A DNA stretch of 64,000 bases from an uncultured bacterium (GTDB lineage Bacteria > Krumholzibacteriota > Krumholzibacteriia > JACNKJ01): contig CAVOFT010000001.1 in NCBI GenBank assembly GCA_963695095.1, forward strand, positions 640,001 to 704,000, in the 5' to 3' direction. The notes beneath the pieces are model-generated. The model made no database searches. It was not told the DNA's origin and was given only the letters and a program-made list of their open reading frames with translations. Within the stretch, counting starts at the first letter, position 1; each line of letters begins with the position of its first letter. Positions 38,480 to 48,744 of this stretch are shown here, one piece after another. The translations under genes and the position numbers were made by a program.

Positions 38480-39988
38480 ATGAGACAGAGACACGTGCTG
38501 ATGGTGGCCCTCCTGGGTCTGCTCGCCTTCGTTTTCGGCTGCAACTCCATGCAGACCTCGAGTGCCATCCTGCGCTACCAGCAGGGTGAGTTCGAGAACG
38601 CCGACTCCCTCTGCGGGGAGGCCATCCGGGTCAACCCGGACGACGGCGAGGCCTATTTCTACCGGGCGCTCAGCCAGTCGATGCTGCGCAACTACGCCTC
38701 GGCCTACACGAACTTCCGCAAGGCGGCCGAGCTGAAGCCCGACCGCGCGGTGATGGCCCAGCAGAACATCGACCACAACTTCGCCGAGGTCTTCAACAAC
38801 GGCGTCGATGCGGCCAACCGGGACGAGACCGAGCTGGCGATCGAGTACTTCACGACGGCGACCCAGGCCAATCCCGACAATCCGGCGGGCTACACCAACC
38901 TGGCCAAGGCCTACTGGACCAAGGCCGAGAAGCTGCGCGACTACGCCAAGGAGGACTTCAAGACGAACGCCCTCCTGGCCGTGGAGAACTTCGAGATCGG
39001 CCTGGGCAAGGAGGCGGATGGAGAAAAGCGCGTGGAGACCGCCCGCGCCCTGGCCGCCGTTCTGGGTAGCCTCTACATCGAAACCGACGAGGACGCCCGG
39101 GAGCCCTACCTCACCAAGTACCGCGAGTTCACGAACGCTCTCGGCCAGGTCTTCGGCCCCCACGAGGCCTTCGGCCGCGTGCTCTTCGACAAGGCCGAGG
39201 ACATGCGCGCCAACAAGCGCAAGGAAGAGCTCTACCGCGACTTCTACACCTATGGCGGCGAGGCCTACGGCAAGGCCGCCGACATCCGGCGCGACCTGGG
39301 CGAGACGGACGTGGACATCCCCCTCTTCGCGGGCATCGCCTACCTGAACGCCGAGATGTTCGCCGAGGCGGCCAAGTACCTGAACATGACCGTCCAGCTC
39401 GATCCCAACCTCGAGCAGGCCTGGTTCTACATGGAGTTCAGCTACTACAAGGCCGGCAAGCTCGACGACGCCATCAAGGCGGGCCTGTTCATCGACGAGA
39501 CCCTGGGCAGCACGGATCCCCAGGTCTTCCAGATCCTCTGGCAGTGCTACCGCGACAAGGCGGTCGCCGCCGACGAGGCCGACGACAGCGCCGGCTTCCT
39601 GGAGAACCGCCGGCTCTACGAGGACGCCTACATCACCTGGGCCACCTACAAGGGCTCCTCCGACGTGACGCCCACGCCGCTGCTGTCCAAGGCCGAGCAG
39701 GCCAAGGAAGAGAAGATCAGCCAGGCCATCTTCGAGAAGGGCGGCATCGCCGTGCTCGAGGCCCGGGTGGCCGGCCGCTTCATCAAGGGCACGCTGCTGA
39801 ACAAGGGCACCTCGACGGTCGAGTACATCGAGATCTCGATCAGCCTGAAGGACGCCGCCGGACAGTCCGTGGGCGATGCCTTCACCGAGCTGGAGAGCCT
39901 TAAGCCCGGCGTGCAGCGGAGCTTCTCCGCCGCCTTCATCCAGGAGGATGTGGCGGGATTTTCAATCACGGATATCATTACCGAGTAG
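38480..39988 (+). CDS. TPR-repeat lipoprotein with C-terminal FxLYD-like domain
   Basis: AAGGAGG RBS; lipobox VFGC; TPR-like repeats (NPDDGEAYFY, NPDNPAGYTNL, LDPNLEQAWF); IKGTLLNKG..ISLKDAAG..LKPG. Confidence 0.8.
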   Translation: MRQRHVLMVALLGLLAFVFGCNSMQTSSAILRYQQGEFENADSLCGEAIRVNPDDGEAYFYRALSQSMLRNYASAYTNFRKAAELKPDRAVMAQQNIDHNFAEVFNNGVDAANRDETELAIEYFTTATQANPDNPAGYTNLAKAYWTKAEKLRDYAKEDFKTNALLAVENFEIGLGKEADGEKRVETARALAAVLGSLYIETDEDAREPYLTKYREFTNALGQVFGPHEAFGRVLFDKAEDMRANKRKEELYRDFYTYGGEAYGKAADIRRDLGETDVDIPLFAGIAYLNAEMFAEAAKYLNMTVQLDPNLEQAWFYMEFSYYKAGKLDDAIKAGLFIDETLGSTDPQVFQILWQCYRDKAVAADEADDSAGFLENRRLYEDAYITWATYKGSSDVTPTPLLSKAEQAKEEKISQAIFEKGGIAVLEARVAGRFIKGTLLNKGTSTVEYIEISISLKDAAGQSVGDAFTELESLKPGVQRSFSAAFIQEDVAGFSITDIITE

Positions 39989-40004
39989 TTGGCCCGGATC
40001 TTGT

Positions 40005-40038
40005 TAGGCGCTGGACGGCGGGGGCCGTCCAGCGCCTA
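40005..40038. terminator. Perfect 15-bp hairpin after the TPR gene (no U-tract)
   Basis: TAGGCGCTGGACGGC-gggg-GCCGTCCAGCGCCTA. Confidence 0.55.
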
Positions 40039-40092
40039 CCCGATCCGCCGCTGGTCGGCCGGCCTTCCGGGGTCGACGCTTGCCGGCCGCGC

Positions 40093-40121
40093 TTGACAGC
40101 CCGCAGCGGATCGGGTAACTT
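40093..40121 (+). promoter_or_regulatory. rho promoter
   Basis: TTGACA, 17 bp, TAACTT. Confidence 0.7.
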
Positions 40122-40252
40122 GTAGGCCTGAGGCGCCCTTCAGGGCGCGACCCGGACGTCCCGTCCCCGACCCCATCGCATCCAGCGCCATGTGTCGTCG
40201 CCCGCGCCCTTTCGCGGGGTCTAATTCTCTCGATTGCCTGGAGTGAAATCCT

Positions 40253-41701
40253 TTGAGAGCAGAAACTGACGAGAAAACCTCGCGCGGTCGTCGGCGCGGC
40301 TTCGAGCGTCGGCGCGGCAGCGGCAGCGGCGGCGGCAACAACAGCAACAACCGGCAGCCGCAGCATGTCCAGGACATGGGCGAGCACCCCAACGGCAAGG
40401 GCAGCGATCCCGATACCGTCACCCGCGAAACCGCCACCGGCGTGGTCATGGACATCACGCAGCTCAAGCGCGAGCCCGTGGCCAAGCTGGTCGAAATCGC
40501 CCAGGGCCTGGAGATCGAGGGCGCCAGCGGGATGCGGAAGCAGGAACTGATCTTCCGCATCATCGAGGTGCAGACCCAGCAGAAGGGCTTTCTCTTCTCG
40601 GAGGGCGTGCTGCAGGTGCTGCCCGAGGGCTACGGCTTCCTGCGCTCGCCGGACTACAACTACCTGCCCGGTCCGGACGACATCTACATCAGCCCCAGCC
40701 AGATCAAGAAGTTCGATCTGCGCACGGGGGACACGGTCTCGGGCCAGGTGCGGCCGCCCAAGGAGAGCGAGCGCTACTTCGCGCTGCTCCGGGTGGAGAC
40801 GATCAACTACGTTGCGCCGGGCGAGGGCAAGGCCAAGGCCAAGGTGCTCTTCGACAACCTGACGCCGCTCTACCCCGAAGTGAAGCTCGATCTCGAGTAC
40901 AAGGCGACGGACCTGACCACCCGCGTCATCGACCTGATGACGCCCATCGGCAAGGGCCAGCGCGCCCTCATCACCGCCCCGCCGCGCACCGGCAAGACGG
41001 TGCTCCTGCAGAACATCGCCAACGCCATCAGCACCAACAACCCCGAGGTGAAGCTGATCGTGCTGCTCATCGACGAGCGGCCCGAGGAAGTCACCGACAT
41101 GCAGCGAAATGTCGATGGCGAGGTGATCAGCTCCACCTTCGACGAGCCGGCCGAGCGCCACGTCCAGGTGAGCGACATGGTGATCGAAAAGGCCAAGCGC
41201 CTGGTCGAGAACGGCTACGACGTGGTGATCCTGCTCGACTCGCTCACGCGCCTGGCTCGCGCTCACAACGCGGTGGTGCCGCACTCCGGCAAGATCCTCT
41301 CCGGCGGCGTGGACAGCAACGCGCTGCAGCGGCCCAAGCGTTTCTTCGGCGCCGCGCGCAATATCGAGGAGGGGGGCAGCCTCACGATCATCGCAACCGC
41401 GCTCATCGAGACCGGCAGCCGCATGGACGAAGTGATCTTCGAGGAGTTCAAGGGCACGGGCAACTGCGAGATCATCCTCGACCGCCGCCTCAGCGACAAG
41501 CGTGTCTACCCGTCCATCGACATGTTCCGCAGCGGCACCCGCAAGGAAGAGCTGCTGCTGCCGGACACGGTGCTGAACAAGATCTGGGTTCTGCGCCGCT
41601 TCCTGAACGACAAGCCCATTGTCGAGGCCATGGAGTTCCTGCTCGAGAAGATGGTCAAGACGAAGACCAACCAGAAGTTCTTGGAGTCGATGAACGCCTG
41701 A
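40253..41701 (+). CDS. rho: Transcription termination factor Rho (start uncertain; probable N-terminal extension)
   Basis: [39 protein letters not shown] and EEFKGTGN. Confidence 0.98.
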   Translation: MRAETDEKTSRGRRRGFERRRGSGSGGGNNSNNRQPQHVQDMGEHPNGKGSDPDTVTRETATGVVMDITQLKREPVAKLVEIAQGLEIEGASGMRKQELIFRIIEVQTQQKGFLFSEGVLQVLPEGYGFLRSPDYNYLPGPDDIYISPSQIKKFDLRTGDTVSGQVRPPKESERYFALLRVETINYVAPGEGKAKAKVLFDNLTPLYPEVKLDLEYKATDLTTRVIDLMTPIGKGQRALITAPPRTGKTVLLQNIANAISTNNPEVKLIVLLIDERPEEVTDMQRNVDGEVISSTFDEPAERHVQVSDMVIEKAKRLVENGYDVVILLDSLTRLARAHNAVVPHSGKILSGGVDSNALQRPKRFFGAARNIEEGGSLTIIATALIETGSRMDEVIFEEFKGTGNCEIILDRRLSDKRVYPSIDMFRSGTRKEELLLPDTVLNKIWVLRRFLNDKPIVEAMEFLLEKMVKTKTNQKFLESMNA

Positions 41702-41750
41702 CCCATCGGGGCCACCAGCGCTCCGTGGTCGGCAAGGAGAGAAGGCAGTC

Positions 41751-41975
41751 ATGAAACAGGGCATCCATCCGAACTACGTTGCCTGCAAGGTGGTCTGCCT
41801 TTGCGGCAACATCATCGAGACGCGGGCGACCCAGGCGGAAATCCGCGTGGACATCTGCTCCACTTGCCACCCCTTCTACACCGGCAAGCAGAAGCTGGTG
41901 GACACGGCGGGTCGCGTGGAGCGCTTCCAGAGGCGATTCAAGGACTACCGCAAGCAGCTCGACACCAAGGGCTAG
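41751..41975 (+). CDS. rpmE: 50S ribosomal protein L31 (Zn-binding type)
   Basis: [32 protein letters not shown]. Confidence 0.98.
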   Translation: MKQGIHPNYVACKVVCLCGNIIETRATQAEIRVDICSTCHPFYTGKQKLVDTAGRVERFQRRFKDYRKQLDTKG

Positions 41976-42065
41976 CTGGCGACCAGGAGCGGGCGCCGTC
42001 TCCCTGCGGGGGACGCGCCCGTTCTGTATCGGGCCCCAGCGGGGGTCCCAGCCGAGCGGAGTGGC

Positions 42066-43094
42066 ATGCGCGCTGAGGAGAGAGAGAGCTTCGCCGTCGG
42101 CGGCCAGGCGGTCATCGAAGGCGTCATGATGCGCGGGCGCGACTTCGTGGCCTGCGCCGTGCGCACGCCCGGCGGCGAGATCGTGCTCAAGAAGGAGCGC
42201 TTCCGGAGCGTGCTCGTCCGGCTCAAGCTGGCCAAGGTGCCCGTGGTGCGGGGCGCGATCGGCCTCGTCGAGACAATGGTGCTCGGCATGCGCATCCTCG
42301 GCTACTCGGCCGAGGTGGCGATGCCCGCCGCCGAGGACGAGTCGGCGCGGCGCCCGGGCGGCAGCCTCAAGGAGAAGATGGGCCTGGGCCTGACCATGCT
42401 GCTCGCCTTCGTGCTGGGCCTGGGGCTCTTCTTCTACATCCCGCTGGTGCTCACCGACCTCGTGCCCGGCACCGAAGGCAGCCTGGCCTTCAACATCGTC
42501 GACGGCATCTTCCGCCTGGTGATCTTCCTGCTCTACATCTGGGCGATCAGCCTGATGCGCGACATGCGCCGTGTCTTCGAGTACCACGGCGCCGAGCACA
42601 AGACGATCAACTGCTACGAGCAGCGGCGGCCGCTCACGCCGATCAGCATCAAGGCCTGCACCCGCTTCCACCCCCGCTGCGGCACCAGCTTCCTGTTGCT
42701 GGTGATGGTGGTTTCCATCCTCGTCTTCATGCCGCTGGGTCGTCCCGAGGGCGTGGGCGAGCGCCTGCTGCGCCTGGCCTTCGTGCCCCTGATCGGCGGC
42801 CTCTCCTACGAGCTGATCAAGCTGAGCGCCCAGGAGCGCTGGTTCCGCTGGCTGAAGCCGGTGGTCATGCCCGGGCTCTGGCTGCAGCGCCTGACCACGC
42901 GCGAGCCCGACCTCGAGCAGTGCGAGGTGGCCCTGCGCGCGCTGGCGGCCTGCCTGGAGCCCGCCGAGCTGGCCGCCTTGACCCCGTTCGAGGAGCCGGA
43001 CTTCTCGCCGCCGCCTGTGCACTACGAGGAAGGCGAGGCCGATCTCGAGGACGACGAGGACACGCGGCCGCGCCGCGAGGTGAACGCGGAATGA
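42066..43094 (+). CDS. DUF1385 membrane protein
   Basis: [29 protein letters not shown] and LQRLTTREP. Confidence 0.93.
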   Translation: MRAEERESFAVGGQAVIEGVMMRGRDFVACAVRTPGGEIVLKKERFRSVLVRLKLAKVPVVRGAIGLVETMVLGMRILGYSAEVAMPAAEDESARRPGGSLKEKMGLGLTMLLAFVLGLGLFFYIPLVLTDLVPGTEGSLAFNIVDGIFRLVIFLLYIWAISLMRDMRRVFEYHGAEHKTINCYEQRRPLTPISIKACTRFHPRCGTSFLLLVMVVSILVFMPLGRPEGVGERLLRLAFVPLIGGLSYELIKLSAQERWFRWLKPVVMPGLWLQRLTTREPDLEQCEVALRALAACLEPAELAALTPFEEPDFSPPPVHYEEGEADLEDDEDTRPRREVNAE

Positions 43095-44170
43095 GGGACC
43101 TCCGCCCGCGGGTCCGTGAAATCCTGGAGCGGATGGCCGAGCTGGAGCAGCGCATGGTCGACCCGGCCGTGCTGGGCGACCGCCATCGCGCCAAGGAGCT
43201 GGGCGGCGAGCTGAAGCACCTGCAGGCCATCGCCCGCCCCGGCCGCCGCTACCTCGAACTGCAGGCAGCGCTCGCCGAAGCCCAGGAGCTGCTGCAAGGC
43301 GGCGACCCGGAGCTCAAGGAGCTGGCAGCGGCCGAGAAGAGCGCAGCCGAGGCCGCGCTGCCCGGCCTGGCCCTGGAGCTCGAGCGCCTGCTCATCCCCC
43401 GCGATCCGGACGACGACCGCAACCTGATCCTCGAAATCCGCGCCGGCACCGGCGGCGAGGAGGCCGGCCTCTTCGCCGCGGACCTGCTGCGCATGTACGA
43501 GCGCTACGCCGAGCGCCAGGGCTGGCGTCTCGAGGTGCTCAGCGTGAGCGAGGGCGCCGCCGCCGGCGGCCTCAAGGAAGTCACCGCCGCCGTGCGCGGC
43601 GAGGGCGCCTACGGGCGGCTCAAGTACGAGTCGGGGGTGCACCGCGTGCAGCGCGTGCCGGCCACCGAGTCGCAGGGGCGCATCCACACCAGCGCCGCCA
43701 GCGTGGCCGTGCTGCCCGAGGTGGACGAGGTCGAAGTGGAGCTGGACCCCAACGAGCTGCGCATCGATGTGTTCCGCTCCAGCGGACCCGGCGGCCAGAG
43801 CGTGAACACCACCGACAGCGCCGTGCGCATCACGCACCTGCCCAGCGGCCTCGTCGTGAGCTGCCAGGACGAGAAGAGCCAGCACAAAAACAAGGCGAAG
43901 GCCTTGAAGATCCTTGCCGCCCGCCTCTACGACCTCAAGAAGAGCGAGCGCGACGCCGCGATCAGCGCCCAGCGGCGGGACATGGTGGGCAGCGGCGACC
44001 GCTCCGCGAAGATCCGCACCTACAACTTCCCGCAGAGCCGCATCACCGACCACCGCATCGGCTTCACCGCGCACAACCTGCCGGCGGTGCTGGAGGGCGA
44101 TCTCGACGAGTTGATGGACGCCCTCAAGCTCGATGTCCAGGAGCGCTTGCTCGCGGCGGAGGACGCGTGA
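43091..44170 (+). CDS. prfA: Peptide chain release factor 1
   Basis: [17 protein letters not shown] (PxT motif), GGQ and RTYNFPQ. Confidence 0.98.
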   Translation: MRDLRPRVREILERMAELEQRMVDPAVLGDRHRAKELGGELKHLQAIARPGRRYLELQAALAEAQELLQGGDPELKELAAAEKSAAEAALPGLALELERLLIPRDPDDDRNLILEIRAGTGGEEAGLFAADLLRMYERYAERQGWRLEVLSVSEGAAAGGLKEVTAAVRGEGAYGRLKYESGVHRVQRVPATESQGRIHTSAASVAVLPEVDEVEVELDPNELRIDVFRSSGPGGQSVNTTDSAVRITHLPSGLVVSCQDEKSQHKNKAKALKILAARLYDLKKSERDAAISAQRRDMVGSGDRSAKIRTYNFPQSRITDHRIGFTAHNLPAVLEGDLDELMDALKLDVQERLLAAEDA

Positions 44171-45078
44171 GCGAGGGGCTGCCGGAAGCCACCGAGCCGG
44201 TCTGGACCCTGCTCGAGGTGCTGGGCCCGGCGGCGGACTATCTGGCCGCGGTCGGCGTGGAGAACGCCCGCTTCGACGCCGAGTGCCTGCTGGGCAACGT
44301 GCTCGGGCTTTCGCGCCTGGACATCTACCTGCAATACGAGCGCGAGCTGACCGCGGAGGACCGCGCGACGTTCCGCACCCTGTTGCGCAGGCGCCGCGCC
44401 CGCGAGCCCCTTCAGCACATTCTCGGCGAGGTGGAGTTCTGCGGCCTCGCCTTCAGCGTGAAGCCCGGGGTCTTCATCCCGCGTCCGGAAACCGAGCAGC
44501 TGGCCGAACGCGTGCTTGCCCGCCTGGCGACGGACTTCCCCTCGGGCGGCGGTCGCCTGGGCAACCATCCCCTGCGCGGGCTCGAGCTGGGTGTGGGCAG
44601 CGGGGTGATCGCCGTCAGCCTGGCGGTGAAGCGGCCGGACCTGAACATCTGGACCAGCGACATCGCGCCGGCGGCGCTCGCGCTGGCGGCGGCGAATGCC
44701 AGGCGCCACGGCGTCGAGGCGCGGGTGGACCTGCAGGCCACCGATGGCCTGCCCCGCGACAACGGCGGTCTCGTGCATCTGGTGGTGAGCAATCCGCCCT
44801 ACGTGCGCCTTGATGAGGCCCCGCTCCTGGCGCCCGAGGTGGCGGACTACGATCCGCCCGAGGCGCTCTTCGGCGGCGAGGATGGACTCGACTACTACCG
44901 GCGCTTGACCGCCGAGGCGCCCGCCCGCCTGGTGCCGGGCGGACTGCTGGCGATGGAGATCGGCGCCGACCAGGGCGAGGCCGTCAAGGCCATCGTCAGC
45001 GCGGCCGGCTTCGCCGACGTCGAACTCGAGCAGGACTACAGCCGCCGCGACCGCTTCGTCTTCGCCCGCAAGGCCTGA
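44167..45078 (+). CDS. prmC: Release factor glutamine methyltransferase
   Basis: [20 protein letters not shown] and SNPPY. Confidence 0.96.
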   Translation: MSEGLPEATEPVWTLLEVLGPAADYLAAVGVENARFDAECLLGNVLGLSRLDIYLQYERELTAEDRATFRTLLRRRRAREPLQHILGEVEFCGLAFSVKPGVFIPRPETEQLAERVLARLATDFPSGGGRLGNHPLRGLELGVGSGVIAVSLAVKRPDLNIWTSDIAPAALALAAANARRHGVEARVDLQATDGLPRDNGGLVHLVVSNPPYVRLDEAPLLAPEVADYDPPEALFGGEDGLDYYRRLTAEAPARLVPGGLLAMEIGADQGEAVKAIVSAAGFADVELEQDYSRRDRFVFARKA

Positions 45079-45182
45079 TGCCGCTGGGGCCTTGCCGCGG
45101 CGCCCGGGCCCACCGCCTGTTCTGTGCGTCCGGCCGACCCGCCCCCGGGGGCGGATCGGCCCCCGGGGACGAATGCGCTTGC

Positions 45183-45698
45183 CTACCTGGGCACCCAGGC
45201 GAGATCCAGGATCGTGAAGGTCGGATTCCGCGTCTCGAAGACGGGCTTGATCGGCAAGCCGATCTCCGGCTTCGCGTCGCGGAGCTGGCTCATGATGATC
45301 GTGGCCACGCCCTCGATCTCCACCGAGATCAGCTCGCAGGGCATCGGCACGCGATTGAAGGCGCCCGGATGGGCCACGGTGATGTGCGTGTGGATCTTCC
45401 CCTTCTTGCTCGCCAGCTCGGTGATGTCGTGCCAGGCCATCCGCTCCAGGCAGTCCGGGCAGTAGACGCGCGGCGGCAGCATGTAGCGCTTGTCCGTTCC
45501 CGCCACCTCGCACTGCGCGTTCTCGCAGCGCGTCGCCATCAGCCGGCCTTCGGCGAGGCCCTTGAAGAAGGGCGTCTCACCGCCGTAGGTGTGCACGTGA
45601 ATGGGCGCGCGCGGCTTCTCGATGACCATCGGTTCGAGGCGGCGGAGCACGGTCGCGCCGGGGTTGAGGTTGTTGTATTCGTACTCATGCTTGGACAT
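45183..45698 (-). CDS. DUF35 Zn-ribbon/OB-fold protein (thiolase partner)
   Basis: FFKGLAEGRLMATRC..C..PPRVYCPDC; adjacent to the thiolase-like gene. Confidence 0.9.
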   Translation of the reverse strand: MSKHEYEYNNLNPGATVLRRLEPMVIEKPRAPIHVHTYGGETPFFKGLAEGRLMATRCENAQCEVAGTDKRYMLPPRVYCPDCLERMAWHDITELASKKGKIHTHITVAHPGAFNRVPMPCELISVEIEGVATIIMSQLRDAKPEIGLPIKPVFETRNPTFTILDLAWVPR

Positions 45699-45708
45699 GA
45701 TCGCCTCC

Positions 45709-47172
45709 CTACTTCTTGATCACCGCGCTGGGGTGCATCAGGATCGAGCAAGTGACGTGCGAACCGACGCCGGCATGGCTGATGGCCAGGCCGCGCTTCG
45801 CGTTGGGGACCTGGAGGTTGACGAAGTCCTTCGGCTTCTCCTTGCCGAAGCGCTTCCACATCTCCGGCCGCTCGTGGAAGTAGGACCAGCGATTCTGCAG
45901 CTGCCAGAAGAGCTCGGCCACCTGCATGATGCCCGTGGCGCCCACGGCGTGCATGCAGCCGATCAGTCCGCCCGATAGGTTCGAGGGCAAGCGGCCCGGC
46001 TTGCCCGCGAGCTTGGCCGGGAAGGTGCCGTCCTTGGGGACGGTAAGGTAGGCGTCGCCGCTCTCGACGTAGCTGGGCCCGGAGCCGTAGGGCCTCAGCC
46101 CGATGTCCTCGTAGCTCTGGATGTCCGAGATCGTGAAGGCGTCGTGCAGCTCGATGAGATCGAGATCCTCGCAGGGGTCGTGGATGCCGGTCATGCCGTA
46201 GGCGTAGTAGGCCGCCATGCGCGCGGCGAGGAAGCCCGTGAAGCCCGGGTAGCGCTCGATCTTCTCCTTGCCGTACATCGACTTGTAAGCCTTCTTCACC
46301 TCGGCGTTGTCGCGCTCGGCGGGCAGCAGGGGAATTTCCATGTGCCGGCGGTCGGCCGTGCGCAGCGTGTGGCTGCCCGCGGCGATCCAGAAGCGCATCG
46401 GGTTGGCCGAGAGCTTGTAGGCGGTGTCCTCGTCGCAGAGCAGCACGCAGGAGGCGCCCACGCTCATCAGGCAGGCGTCGTAGAAGCGCAGCGGATCGGC
46501 GACGATGGGCGAGTTCTCGACGTCCTTGACCGTGATGCGCGCCGGCGCCTGGGCGAAGGGATTCGAGCAGGCGTAGCCGCGGTTCTTGACCGCGATCTTG
46601 GACATCGTGCGCCGGAAGGCGGGCGAGGACTTGCCGAAGGTCTTCCAGTAGCGCTGGGCCATGAGCGCGTAGTAGCCGGTGTAGATGTGGCCCAGCTCGG
46701 TCTCGTAGTCCTTGTCGGCGGCGGTGGCGATGTAGTGGTTGCCCGTCCAGGTGTCCACCTCGTCCATGCGCTCCCAGCCCATGACGAGGGCGCAGTCCGA
46801 GTAGCCGGAGGCCACCGCGTTGCAGCCCATCCAGAGCGCCGAGCCGCCCGTGGCGCCGCCGGTCTTGATGCCGACGTTGCCCAGGGGATCGAGGCCGAGC
46901 CGGTCGTGGATGACCGCCTCGCCGAGCAGCTGGTCGCCGAAGTGATCGGCGAAGTGGCCGTAGTAGCAGCTGTGGATGTAGCGCTTCAGCTCCTGGATGC
47001 CGTCGACCTTGAGCTTGTTCTCGAGCGCCATCATGCGGAAGGCCTCGACGCACAGCTCCTCGGTCTTCTTTTCCGGATAGGTCTTCCGGAAATCGCTTTG
47101 GCCGGCTGCGACGAGATAGACCGGGCGCATCTGCTTCGGCGTCGCGAGCTGCCTCTCTGAGAACTTGATCAT
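45709..47172 (-). CDS. SCP2-type thiolase-fold protein lacking the canonical nucleophilic Cys
   Basis: KTGGATGG at the usual xACASG site; ELHDAF and NLSGGLIGCMHAVGATG; AGGAGG RBS. Confidence 0.85.
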   Translation of the reverse strand: MIKFSERQLATPKQMRPVYLVAAGQSDFRKTYPEKKTEELCVEAFRMMALENKLKVDGIQELKRYIHSCYYGHFADHFGDQLLGEAVIHDRLGLDPLGNVGIKTGGATGGSALWMGCNAVASGYSDCALVMGWERMDEVDTWTGNHYIATAADKDYETELGHIYTGYYALMAQRYWKTFGKSSPAFRRTMSKIAVKNRGYACSNPFAQAPARITVKDVENSPIVADPLRFYDACLMSVGASCVLLCDEDTAYKLSANPMRFWIAAGSHTLRTADRRHMEIPLLPAERDNAEVKKAYKSMYGKEKIERYPGFTGFLAARMAAYYAYGMTGIHDPCEDLDLIELHDAFTISDIQSYEDIGLRPYGSGPSYVESGDAYLTVPKDGTFPAKLAGKPGRLPSNLSGGLIGCMHAVGATGIMQVAELFWQLQNRWSYFHERPEMWKRFGKEKPKDFVNLQVPNAKRGLAISHAGVGSHVTCSILMHPSAVIKK

Positions 47173-47475
47173 GTGCCCTCCTGACACGTCTCGGCGTCGC
47201 CGCGCGGGCAGCGAACCGCATTCTGGGAACGCTCGTCTTGGCGCTCGGCAGCGCGATGCGTCGCGAGCGACGCGCTCGATAGTACATCATCGACTTGTCC
47301 GTCTGGAATCAGAATCGCCGGATTCGCCCGCGTCCCCTCCCGAATCCGGCCGCGCCCGGGGCGAGAGAGCCTGAGGCTTTTCATCGACCCCCGCGGCAGC
47401 CCTTTCCTGTCGCCAAAGCGCCGGCGCGGTGCTAAACAGGAGCTGCCAGCGCCGCGGGCGCTCCCGGAGGCAGCC

Positions 47476-48744
47476 ATGGAACGCTTCGTCATCGAAGGCC
47501 CGGTCAAGCTCACCGGCCGCGTGCGCGCCGGCGGCTCCAAGAACACGGCCCTGCCGCTGCTGTGCGCGGCCCTGCTCGCGCCCGGCGAGAGCCGGCTGAC
47601 GAACGTGCCCCGTCTGCGCGACATCCGCACGATGATCCGCGTGCTGGAGACCCTGGGCGCGCGCTGCGTCCACGACGGCCACGAGCTGAGCATCGACGCC
47701 ACCGACCTGCCCGGCCGCGAGGCGCCCTACGAGCTGGTCAAGACGATGCGCGCCTCGGTCTACGTGCTGGGTCCCCTGCTCGCGCGCTTCGGCGAGGCGC
47801 GGGTGAGCCTGCCCGGCGGCTGCGCCTGGGGGCCGCGCCCCGTGGACCTGCACCTGATGGGCATGGAGCGCCTGGGCGCCCGCGTGGACCTGGAGCACGG
47901 CTACATCCAGGCCTCGCTGCCGCCGGGCGGGCAGCTCAAGGGCGCCGAGATCAGCTTCAAGATCTCGAGCGTGGGGGCCACGGCCAACGTGATGATGGCC
48001 GCGGTGCTCGCCAAGGGCCGCAGCGTGCTGCACAATGCCGCGCGGGAGCCGGACGTGGTGGCCCTGGCCAACGGCCTCGTGCGCATGGGGGCGAAGATCA
48101 GCGGCCAGGGCACGGACGCGATCACCATCGACGGCGTGGAGGCCCTCTCGCCGCTCGCGATGAGCGTGCCCTCGGATCGCATCGAGGTGGGCACCTTCCT
48201 CGCCGCCGCGCCCATCACTCGCGGCCGGGTGCGCGTCGAGAACTGCATCCCGGGCGAGCAGGTCGCGCTGCTGGACCTGCTCAGGCAGGGCGGCCTCGGC
48301 GTGAGCGCGGGCGACGACTGGGTGGAGGTGGACGCCACCGGCGGCCGGCTCAAGGGCCTCGAGGTGATCACGGCGCCCTACCCGGGCTTTCCCACCGACA
48401 TGCAGGCCCAGATCATGGCCGCCTGCGCCATCGCCGACGGCGTGAGCACGCTCACCGAGACCATCTACCTGGACCGCTTCACGCACGTGGCCGAGCTGCG
48501 CCGCCTGGGCGCCCAGATCCGCCTGGACGGCAACGTGGCCGTGGTGCGCGGGGCCGAGCGCCTCTCGGGCGCGCCCGTGATGGCCACGGACCTGCGCGCG
48601 AGCGCGGCGCTGATCCTGGCCGGCTGCGGCGCCCACGGCGTGACGACGCTCTCGCGCATCTACCACATCGACCGCGGCTACGAGCGCATCGAGGAGAAGC
48701 TGGCCGCCCTCGGCGCCAGGATCCGCCGCGAAGACGAGCCGTGA
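47476..48744 (+). CDS. murA: UDP-N-acetylglucosamine 1-carboxyvinyltransferase
   Basis: GSKN, MRAS, LPGGCAWGPRPVDLH, PGFPTDMQ, TDLRA and HIDRGY. Confidence 0.98.
   Translation: MERFVIEGPVKLTGRVRAGGSKNTALPLLCAALLAPGESRLTNVPRLRDIRTMIRVLETLGARCVHDGHELSIDATDLPGREAPYELVKTMRASVYVLGPLLARFGEARVSLPGGCAWGPRPVDLHLMGMERLGARVDLEHGYIQASLPPGGQLKGAEISFKISSVGATANVMMAAVLAKGRSVLHNAAREPDVVALANGLVRMGAKISGQGTDAITIDGVEALSPLAMSVPSDRIEVGTFLAAAPITRGRVRVENCIPGEQVALLDLLRQGGLGVSAGDDWVEVDATGGRLKGLEVITAPYPGFPTDMQAQIMAACAIADGVSTLTETIYLDRFTHVAELRRLGAQIRLDGNVAVVRGAERLSGAPVMATDLRASAALILAGCGAHGVTTLSRIYHIDRGYERIEEKLAALGARIRREDEP

Noticed and set aside
46850..46870. Selenocysteine at the thiolase active site, given nearby selB
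   Set aside because: The codons are GGC GGC (Gly), not TGA. I found no convincing in-frame TGA selenoprotein or tRNA-Sec in the window.
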